Origin: Enhydrobacter sp.
GTDB lineage: Bacteria; Pseudomonadota; Alphaproteobacteria; Reyranellales; Reyranellaceae
Length of the DNA: 64,000 bases
Direction: 5' to 3'
Assembly (NCBI RefSeq): GCF_030246845.1
Contig: NZ_CP126889.1
Span: forward strand, 2,586,995 to 2,650,994
Of this stretch, positions 9,108 to 16,859 are shown one piece after another. The position numbers and the translations under genes were made by a program. The notes beneath the pieces are model-generated. The model saw nothing but the letters and a program-made list of their open reading frames with translations, made no database searches and had not been told where the DNA came from. Within the stretch, counting starts at the first letter, position 1; every line of letters begins with the position of its first letter.

Positions 9108-9257
9108 ATGATCCGCAAGCTCGCCTCGGGCGAATACCGGCTCTATTCGCGCAAGGTCGATCCCAAGACCGGCAAGCGCCGCAATCTCGGCACCTTCAAG
9201 ACCCGTGCCGCCGCCGAGAAGCACGAACGCGAAGTCCAGTATTTCAAGCGCCACTGA
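9108..9257 (+). CDS. Small basic hypothetical protein (49 aa)
   Basis: GGAGG RBS, ATG and typical GC-rich codon usage; MIRKLASGEYRLYSRKVDPKTGKRRNLGTFKTRAAAEKHEREVQYFKRH. Confidence 0.75.
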   Translation: MIRKLASGEYRLYSRKVDPKTGKRRNLGTFKTRAAAEKHEREVQYFKRH

Positions 9258-9262
9258 TATCG

Positions 9263-9316
9263 CATGAGCGCCACTGGAGTGACGCGCTGCCTTGAGCACT
9301 CATCGGAGCGCGCCAC
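9263..9316. repeat. REP-like palindrome, family A
   Basis: CATGAGCGCCACTGGAGTGACGCGCTGCCTTGAG followed by a partial inverted copy; related copies at 23170, 39285 and 55147. Confidence 0.75.
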
Positions 9317-9351
9317 CGACAAGAAACAAAAGCAGGCGCCAGCCCGGGCCC

Positions 9352-9426
9352 GTGTCATCCCGAGCGTACGCGAGGAATCCTTGATCGACGCCGATCAAAG
9401 ATCCCTCGCTGCGCTCGGGATGACAC
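9352..9426. repeat. REP-like hairpin, family C (GTCATCCCGAGCG type)
   Basis: 75-nt imperfect hairpin; 9397-9426 is the exact reverse complement of 62298-62327. Confidence 0.85.
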
Positions 9427-9434
9427 CGGCCTTG

Positions 9435-9980
9435 TCAGAAGGCGAGGCTGTACGCCGCCTCCTCGGTATAGATCGAGCCATTGCGGCCCTGGCGGCTGGA
9501 ATAGAGCGAGAAGTGCTGGGCGATCCAGGGACCGGCGCGGAACCGGGAGTGGCTCGCCATGAACTGGGCGATGTGGTGACCGGCCTCGGCCCCGTTGCGA
9601 AAGCGCGCGAGCGTGACATGCGGGCGGAACTTGCGGCGCTCGACGCCGATGCCGCAATTGCGCGCCACAGTCGAAACCTTCTGTTGCAACCAGTCGAGCG
9701 ATTCGGATTTCTCGACCAGCGCGACCAGCGCCCTGGGCTGCTTGCCGCTGCTGAACTGATCGACGCCGGCGACCGTCATGGCGAAAGGGGGCCCTGCGAT
9801 GTCGGACAGCTCCTCTTCCAGATCGCGGCCGACGGCGCCCTGCACCTGGCCCGCGAAGCAGAGCGTTACGTGGAAATTCTCGGCCGGCACCCAGCGCGCG
9901 TCGGGCACGCCCGACTGCAACGCCGTGAGCGAGTCGGCGACGTCCTCAGGGACGGGAAGGGCGATGAACAGACGCGGCAT
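9435..9980 (-). CDS. thpR: RNA 2',3'-cyclic phosphodiesterase (2H phosphoesterase)
   Basis: MPRLFIAL N-terminus and two HVTL (HxT) motifs. Confidence 0.9.
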   Translation of the reverse strand: MPRLFIALPVPEDVADSLTALQSGVPDARWVPAENFHVTLCFAGQVQGAVGRDLEEELSDIAGPPFAMTVAGVDQFSSGKQPRALVALVEKSESLDWLQQKVSTVARNCGIGVERRKFRPHVTLARFRNGAEAGHHIAQFMASHSRFRAGPWIAQHFSLYSSRQGRNGSIYTEEAAYSLAF

Positions 9981-10623
9981 AGAGATCGAGGTTCCTGGTG
10001 ATGAAGGGCAGCAGGCGCTCGGCGATCACCTGCGCGCCCTTCGCATTGGGATGAAGCCCGTCGGCCTGGTTGAGCGTCGGGTCCTGGGCGACGCCGTCGA
10101 GCACGAAGGGATAGAGCGGCACCTGATACTTGTCGGCAAGGCGCCTGTAGATGCCGTCGAACGCCGCGACGTAGTCCGGCCCGAGATTGCGCGGCGCCAT
10201 CATGCCGGCCAGCCAAACCGTGACACCGGCCGCTCTCAGTTTCTCGATGATGGCGGCGAGATTGTGCTCGGTGGTGGCCGGATCGACGCCGCGCAGCGCG
10301 TCGTTGGCGCCGAGCTCGATCAGCACGATGTCGGGTTTGTCGCCCAGGATCCAGTCGAGCCGGTCGAGGCCGCCGGCCGACGTATCGCCTGAAACGCCGT
10401 CGTTCACGAGGACGACGTTGCGTCCCTCGGCCTTCAAGGCGGCCTGAAGAAGAGCGGGAAAGGCCTGCTCGGGCTCGAGGCCGAAACCCGCGGCCAGGCT
10501 GTCGCCCAGCACGGCGAGCTTGATCGGGTCGGTCCGCGCCTGCACCGGGCTCGCACAAAAAAGAAGCACCAGCAGCGAATTGACCAGTGCCGCAAAAGGG
10601 CCATATCCCTTGCCGAGCTTCAT
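9946..10623 (-). CDS. tesA: Arylesterase / acyl-CoA thioesterase I (GDSL/SGNH)
   Basis: Signal peptide, GDSLAAG, NDGVSGDTSAGG, ELGAND and DGLHPN; divergent from a ybbA-ybbP-like pair. Confidence 0.88.
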   Translation of the reverse strand: MKLGKGYGPFAALVNSLLVLLFCASPVQARTDPIKLAVLGDSLAAGFGLEPEQAFPALLQAALKAEGRNVVLVNDGVSGDTSAGGLDRLDWILGDKPDIVLIELGANDALRGVDPATTEHNLAAIIEKLRAAGVTVWLAGMMAPRNLGPDYVAAFDGIYRRLADKYQVPLYPFVLDGVAQDPTLNQADGLHPNAKGAQVIAERLLPFITRNLDLYAASVHRPSRP

Positions 10624-10644
10624 CGCCTCTCTTCCGGAGTCTTG

Positions 10645-11358
<714 letters not shown>

Positions 11359-11368
11359 GCGCCGACGG

Positions 11369-13885
11369 ATGAGCCTCGCCGCCAAGCTCGCGCGCCGCGA
11401 GATGCGCAGCGGCCTCGGCGGCTTTCGCCTGTTCCTTGCCTGCCTGGCGCTGGGTGTCGGCGCGATCGCGGCAATTCTCTCGTTCAGCCGCGCCATCGAG
11501 GAGGGGCTGCGCGCCGACGCGCGGGAGCTCTTGGGCGGCGACGTCGCGATCTCGCTGCTCTACCGCCAGGCGACGCCCGACCAGCTGGCTTTTTTGCGCG
11601 AGCAAGGCGAGGTCGTGCGCTGGGTCGACAGCCGCTCGATGGCGCGGCCGGCCAGACCCGGCGGCAGCGCGGCGCTGGTCCAGTTGAAGGCGGTGGAGCC
11701 CGGCTATCCGCTCTATGGCCGTGTGGAACTGCGGGGCAGCGGATCGTTGTCGGAGACGCTCGCCAGGCGCGACGGCGTGTGGGGGGCCGCTGTCGAGGAA
11801 GCGGCCCTCAAGCGCATGAACATCGCTCTGGGCGATCTCGTGAAAGTGGGCGAGACGACTCTGCAGGTGCGTGCCGTCATCGAGCGCGAGCCCGACAGCG
11901 GTCTCAGCGCTTTCGCGAGTCTGGGGCCGCGCCTGATGATGCCCTGGGCGGCGCTCGGCGAATCGGGCCTTGTGCAGCCGGGCAGCCTGCTCACCTGGCA
12001 GTATCGCCTCAAGCTGCCACCCGGCCGTTCGGATCGGGAAGTCGCCGCGGCGATCAAGGCGCGTTTCCCCGAGGCCGGCTGGCGGGTGCGGGACCTCGGC
12101 GATGCCGGTGGTGGTCTGCGCTTCTGGCTCGATCGACTGACCGAGTTCATCAGCCTCGTAGGCCTCGCCGCCCTGCTGGTGGGCGGCGTGGGCGTCGGCA
12201 ATGCCGTCTCGAGTTTCCTCGCCGGCCGCATGCGCACCATCGCCATCATGAAGTGCCTCGGCGCGCCGCAGCGCCTGGTCTTCGCGACCTATTTCCTGCA
12301 GCTCGGCGCCCTGGCTCTTGCCGGCGTATTCGCCGGCGTCGCGCTCGGTGCGGCATTGCCTTTCCTCGCCCAACCGCTGATCGCCGACCTGCTGCCGGTG
12401 AAAGCGCGCATTGCGTTCTACCTGCGGCCGCTGGCCACGGCGGCCGCCTTTGGACTCCTGGTATCGGCGCTTTTCGCGCTCCTGCCGCTGATCCACGCCC
12501 GGGCGATCCCGGCTGCGGCGCTCATGCGCGGCATCGGGATCGAGCGGCGCCGGCTCGTCTGGCACGAGCTTGCGCTGGTGGGGGCGGTGACACTTCTGCT
12601 CGCGGGCTTCACGATCCTGACCTCGGATAGCGGGCGCATCGCAGGCTATTTCGTGCTGGGCGCCATCGGCGCTTTCATCGCCTTTCCGGCGCTGGCGCGC
12701 GGTGTGATGGCCGTGGCGGCGCGGGTCGGCAAGCCGCGGCTCGCCGGCCTCCGTCTGGCGCTCGCCAACCTCCATCGGCCCGGGTCGGCGACCCCGATCG
12801 TGATGCTGTCGCTCGGCCTCGGCCTCACCGTGCTGGTGGCCACCGCGCTGATCGAAGGCAATCTGCGCGACCAGATCACGCAGCGTATCCCCAAAGACGC
12901 GCCGGCCTTCTTCTTCGTCGACATCCAGTCGAGCCAGATGCCTGACTTCGAGCGCGCCGTCGCCGCCATCCCCGGAGCCGGTGCGCTGGAGAAGGTGCCG
13001 TCGCTGCGCGGCCGCATCGTCAAGCTCGCCGGCAAGCCGGTGAGCGCGGTCAAGATCCCGTCCGGGGCCCGCTGGGCGGTCGACGGCGACCGCGGCATCA
13101 CCTATGCCGCCAGGCCGCCGGAAGGCGCGCATATCGTCGCCGGATCGTGGTGGGCGCCCGACTATCGCGGGCCGCAGCTCGTCTCGTTCGACGAAACCCT
13201 GGCGCACGACTTCGGCCTTGCGATCGGCGACACGGTCACGGTGAACGTGCTCGGCCGCGAGATCGAGGCCCGCATCGCCTCGCTGAGACACATCGACTGG
13301 CAGACGCTGGCGATCAATTTCGTGATGGTCTTCTCGCCGGGTGTGCTCGACCGCGCGCCGCACACTTTCCTGGCCACCGTGAAGGCGACGCCCGAAGCAG
13401 AGGATGCGATCTTCAAGACGGTCACGGACAAGTTTCCCAACGTCACGGTCGTGAGCGTGCGGGACGCCGTGCAGACCGCGTCTGAAGTGCTGGGCAACAT
13501 CGGCCTCGCGACGCAGCTCATCGGCCTGCTGAGCATCCTCGCCGGCATCCTGGTGCTCGCGGGCGCCATGCTGGCCACGCAGCGGCGGCGCATCCACGAA
13601 GCGGTGGTGATGAAGGTGCTCGGCGCGACACGGGCGCGCATCGCCGCCATCTTCGCCTGGGAGTTCCTGGCGCTGGGGCTGGCAACGGCGCTGGCGGCGC
13701 TGGGCGTCGGGACGCTGGCGGCCTATCTCGTGGTCCGCCAGCTCATGAGCCTCCAATGGTCGTTCCAACCCGTCGTGGCGGTTGCCGTCGCCCTCGGAGC
13801 CATGGCCCTCACCCTGGCGTTCGGGCTGGCCGGGACACTGGCGGCCCTTCGCCAGCGCCCGCTGGCTCTCCTGCGCAACGAGTGA
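11369..13885 (+). CDS. ABC transporter permease (YbbP/FtsX-like)
   Basis: LARREMR..L..F.LFLACLALGV start, DARELLGGD, FFVDIQ; multiple TM segments. Confidence 0.88.
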   Translation: MSLAAKLARREMRSGLGGFRLFLACLALGVGAIAAILSFSRAIEEGLRADARELLGGDVAISLLYRQATPDQLAFLREQGEVVRWVDSRSMARPARPGGSAALVQLKAVEPGYPLYGRVELRGSGSLSETLARRDGVWGAAVEEAALKRMNIALGDLVKVGETTLQVRAVIEREPDSGLSAFASLGPRLMMPWAALGESGLVQPGSLLTWQYRLKLPPGRSDREVAAAIKARFPEAGWRVRDLGDAGGGLRFWLDRLTEFISLVGLAALLVGGVGVGNAVSSFLAGRMRTIAIMKCLGAPQRLVFATYFLQLGALALAGVFAGVALGAALPFLAQPLIADLLPVKARIAFYLRPLATAAAFGLLVSALFALLPLIHARAIPAAALMRGIGIERRRLVWHELALVGAVTLLLAGFTILTSDSGRIAGYFVLGAIGAFIAFPALARGVMAVAARVGKPRLAGLRLALANLHRPGSATPIVMLSLGLGLTVLVATALIEGNLRDQITQRIPKDAPAFFFVDIQSSQMPDFERAVAAIPGAGALEKVPSLRGRIVKLAGKPVSAVKIPSGARWAVDGDRGITYAARPPEGAHIVAGSWWAPDYRGPQLVSFDETLAHDFGLAIGDTVTVNVLGREIEARIASLRHIDWQTLAINFVMVFSPGVLDRAPHTFLATVKATPEAEDAIFKTVTDKFPNVTVVSVRDAVQTASEVLGNIGLATQLIGLLSILAGILVLAGAMLATQRRRIHEAVVMKVLGATRARIAAIFAWEFLALGLATALAALGVGTLAAYLVVRQLMSLQWSFQPVVAVAVALGAMALTLAFGLAGTLAALRQRPLALLRNE

Positions 13886-13939
13886 TTTGGATTGCCCGAC
13901 TTCATGATTTTGGCACAATTGTCGGGTTACCGTTTGACG

Positions 13940-13968
13940 CTTGATTCAGTCGAGCTGTATCCCCACAT
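13940..13968 (+). promoter_or_regulatory. Putative promoter (CTTG-N20-CACAT), RpoH- or RpoD-like
   Basis: CTTGATTCAGTCGAGCTGTATCCCCACAT; same spacing as the motif upstream of hflK. Confidence 0.45.
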
Positions 13969-14016
13969 TGGCGCTCAAAGGGGCTCGGCAATGAGGTCCC
14001 TGTCGGAGGCGTGAGA

Positions 14017-14781
14017 ATGGCAAACGAGAACTTCAACACCTTTGGCCGTGCGGGCGGGGTTGCCGACCAAGCGACATTCGATGTCGGCCTGCGCGCCCAT
14101 ATGATCCGTGTCTACAACTACATGGCATCGGGTTTGGCGCTGTCGGGCATCGTCGCATTCGCCCTCTTCGCCTCACCGGCGCTTCAGAACATCTTCTTCC
14201 AGATGGGGATGACGCCCGGCGGCGCCGTCGTGCCCGTCGGCATGAACATCCTGGGCTGGATCGCCATCCTGGCGCCGCTCGGCCTATTGATGGTCGCTTC
14301 CTTCCGCGCGGCGCAGATCAGTCTGGGCGGGCTGCAGGCGATCTACTGGGGCGTGACCGCCTTGATGGGCGTGAGCCTGTCGTTGCTGCTGTTCCGCTAT
14401 ACGGGAGCTTCGGTCGCACGCACCTTCTTCGTGACGGCCGCCGCGTTCGGCGCTCTCAGCCTTTACGGCTACACGACCAAGCGCGACCTGAGCGCGTTCG
14501 GCAAGTTCCTGTTCATGGGCCTGATCGGCATCATTCTCGCGAGCCTGGTGAATCTCTTCGTTCACTCGAACGGCGTGGCGTTCATCGTCTCGATCCTTGG
14601 CGTGCTGATCTTCTCGGGCCTGATCGCGTACGACACGCAGAAGATCAAGGAGCAGTACAGCGATGCCTGGGGCACGCAGATGGCCGACAAGGTGGCCGTC
14701 TTCGGCGCGCTGAGCCTCTACCTGGACTTCGTCAACCTGTTCCAGTTCCTGATGAGCTTCATGGGACAGAGCCGCGACTGA
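14017..14781 (+). CDS. Bax inhibitor-1 / YccA family membrane protein
   Basis: DVGLRAHMIRVYNYM, GYTTKRDLS, AYDTQKIK and ALSLYLDFVNLF motifs. Confidence 0.92.
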   Translation: MANENFNTFGRAGGVADQATFDVGLRAHMIRVYNYMASGLALSGIVAFALFASPALQNIFFQMGMTPGGAVVPVGMNILGWIAILAPLGLLMVASFRAAQISLGGLQAIYWGVTALMGVSLSLLLFRYTGASVARTFFVTAAAFGALSLYGYTTKRDLSAFGKFLFMGLIGIILASLVNLFVHSNGVAFIVSILGVLIFSGLIAYDTQKIKEQYSDAWGTQMADKVAVFGALSLYLDFVNLFQFLMSFMGQSRD

Positions 14782-14806
14782 TCGGCATCCGTCAGCCGAT
14801 GCAAGG

Positions 14807-14836
14807 CGCCCGGGCCGCAAGGCCCGGGCGTTCTGC
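14807..14836 (+). terminator. Likely intrinsic terminator
   Basis: Perfect 10-bp stem CGCCCGGGCC-GCAA-GGCCCGGGCG; short T tract. Confidence 0.6.
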
Positions 14837-14850
14837 TGTGAGGGGTCGCG

Positions 14851-16020
14851 ATGAAACGACTGAAGGCATTGCTGCAAAGCGAGGCGGGCAGCGCCGTGCC
14901 GCTGCTGGCCGCGACCGTTCTGGCGCTGCTGTTCGCCAACTCGCCGTTCGGGTGGGTGCCCGATCGGCTGTTCGCCACCAGGCTGACCGTCGAATTCGGT
15001 GGCGTCGGCGTCAGCAAGCCGCTCCTTCTCTGGATCAACGACGGGCTGATGGCGGTGTTCTTCCTGCTGGTCGGCCTCGAGATCAAGCGCGAGGTCGCGG
15101 AAGGCGAGCTTTCGCGGCCGGCCCACGTGGTGTTGCCGATCGCGGGAGCCGCCGGTGGCATGGTGGTTCCGGCTGCAATCTACGCCGTCTTCAACTGGAA
15201 GGACCCGGTTGCCCTGCATGGCTGGGCGATCCCTTCGGCGACAGATATCGCCTTCGCCGTTGCGGTGCTGGCGGCGCTGGGGGAGCGCGTGCCGCGCGCG
15301 GCCAAGCTTTTCCTCCTGACGCTGGCGATCGTCGACGACCTGGCATCGATCCTGATCATTGCGATCTTCTACACATCGGACCTTTCGACGCTCTCGCTTG
15401 TTCTCGCAGCTCTCTGCATCGCGGTTCTCCTTGCCCTCAACTTCAGCGGGATCCGGCGGACGGGGCCGTATCTGCTGGTCGGCATCGTGCTCTGGGTCTG
15501 CGTGTTGGAATCGGGCGTCCATGCGACACTGGCCGGCGTCGTCCTCGCCTTCTGCCTGCCGCTTGCCTGCGAGAGCGGGATGCCCGACGAGCGGCCCTAT
15601 CTCCGGCTCGAGCATGCGCTCACCCCATGGGTGTCGTTCCTGGTGCTGCCGGCCTTTGCCTTTGCCAATGCCGGTCTCAGCTTCGTCGGCATGACCGCGG
15701 ACATGGTGCGCGATCCGGTGACGCTCGGCATCGCGCTCGGCCTCTTCGTCGGCAAGCAAATCGGCATATTCGGCGGCGCCGCGCTGTCGATCGGCCTCAG
15801 CCTCGCGCAGCGGCCAAGGCGGACGAGCTGGCCGCAGCTTTACGGCGCCGCTGTCTGCGGCGGCATCGGCTTCACCATGAGCCTGTTCATCGGCACGCTT
15901 GCCTTCGGAGATGACGAGCATGCGCCGCTGGTGCGCCTCGGCGTGCTGGCGGGCTCGCTTTTGTCGGTGGTGACCGGATGGACGATCCTGCGCCTTTCGC
16001 GCAGCGCGCCGGCGGTCTGA
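14851..16020 (+). CDS. nhaA: Na+/H+ antiporter NhaA
   Basis: WINDGLMAVFF, ATDIAFA, AIVDD, GVHATLAG and GIGFTMSLFI motifs. Confidence 0.95.
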   Translation: MKRLKALLQSEAGSAVPLLAATVLALLFANSPFGWVPDRLFATRLTVEFGGVGVSKPLLLWINDGLMAVFFLLVGLEIKREVAEGELSRPAHVVLPIAGAAGGMVVPAAIYAVFNWKDPVALHGWAIPSATDIAFAVAVLAALGERVPRAAKLFLLTLAIVDDLASILIIAIFYTSDLSTLSLVLAALCIAVLLALNFSGIRRTGPYLLVGIVLWVCVLESGVHATLAGVVLAFCLPLACESGMPDERPYLRLEHALTPWVSFLVLPAFAFANAGLSFVGMTADMVRDPVTLGIALGLFVGKQIGIFGGAALSIGLSLAQRPRRTSWPQLYGAAVCGGIGFTMSLFIGTLAFGDDEHAPLVRLGVLAGSLLSVVTGWTILRLSRSAPAV

Positions 16021-16039
16021 CCGTGCGCCCGGATGGGCA

Positions 16040-16075
16040 GTGCAAGATTGCACGGCGATGGCACCGGCCTATACT
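16040..16075 (+). promoter_or_regulatory. Putative promoter and palindromic operator of the HxlR gene
   Basis: GTGCAA-GA-TTGCAC (16040-16053). TTGCAC, 16 nt, TATACT (16070-16075); ATG lies 8 nt later with no SD. Confidence 0.5.
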
Positions 16076-16083
16076 TTTGCACC

Positions 16084-16593
16084 ATGCGGCGAACATCCTA
16101 CGAGCAGATGAATTGTTCGATCGCCTCGGCGCTCGACGTCGTGGGCGAGCCCTGGACGCTCCTGATCGTGCGCGACGCCTTCTACGGCGTGCGTCGCTTC
16201 GACGACTTCCAGGAGAATCTCGGCATTGCCCGCAACGTGCTGACGGCGCGGCTGAAGAAGCTCGTGGAGGCGGGCGTGTTCCGCAAGACGGCCTACCGCC
16301 AGCGGCCGCTTCGCCACGAGTACCGCTTGACCGAGAAAGGGGCGGCCCTGTTCACCGTGATCGTCGGCCTCAAGCAATGGGGCGACCGCTACGGCGCCGC
16401 GTCGCGCACCGGCAAGCCGATGGATCTCGTGGATCGCGACGACGGCCATCCGCTCGAGCCTGTGCTGATCGACGCCGTGAGCGGCCGCAAGCTCGAGCTC
16501 ACCAACGTGCGCGCCGTCGCCGGACCTGGCGCGCAGCAGGCGACCCGGGATTTCTTCGACCGCCTGGCGCTCAATCGACCGGCGGCGCGCTAG
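16084..16593 (+). CDS. HxlR-family winged-helix transcriptional regulator
   Basis: CSIASALDVVGEPWTLLIVRDAF and EYRLTEKG motifs. Confidence 0.92.
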   Translation: MRRTSYEQMNCSIASALDVVGEPWTLLIVRDAFYGVRRFDDFQENLGIARNVLTARLKKLVEAGVFRKTAYRQRPLRHEYRLTEKGAALFTVIVGLKQWGDRYGAASRTGKPMDLVDRDDGHPLEPVLIDAVSGRKLELTNVRAVAGPGAQQATRDFFDRLALNRPAAR

Positions 16594-16784
16594 TCTTCTT
16601 CCCGGTCGTTGGGTCGTAGCTGCTTGCCGTCCAGCGCCTCGCGCTGACGCTCGGCGCGGTCCTTGTCGACTGCCTTCTCGGCCTTGGTGCGACCGAAGCG
16701 CAAGCGATTGGTCTGCGCCCTGCTGTCTCGTTCGCGTCGCGCCCTTTCCTTGCGGGCCCGCCGCAGGTTGACGATGTCGGCCAT
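16590..16784 (-). CDS. DUF4169 family small protein
   Basis: MADIVNLRRARK...NRLRFGRTKAEK pattern, the C-terminal 64 codons of track ORF 16590..19550. Confidence 0.8.
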   Translation of the reverse strand: MADIVNLRRARKERARRERDSRAQTNRLRFGRTKAEKAVDKDRAERQREALDGKQLRPNDREED

Positions 16785-16859
16785 TGGATGATCCTCGATT
16801 TCTCTATGCCGCAGCGACCGTCGATGCGCTAGTCTCGTCGAGCGAGCACGAGGAGGAAG

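Noticed and set aside
9263-9426. Possible CRISPR or other repeat-spacer array
   Set aside because: The repeats are dispersed palindromes, not regularly spaced direct repeats, and no cas genes are present.
16059-16080. Possible sigma54 promoter (TGGCAC)
   Set aside because: No TTGC at the required -12 spacing.
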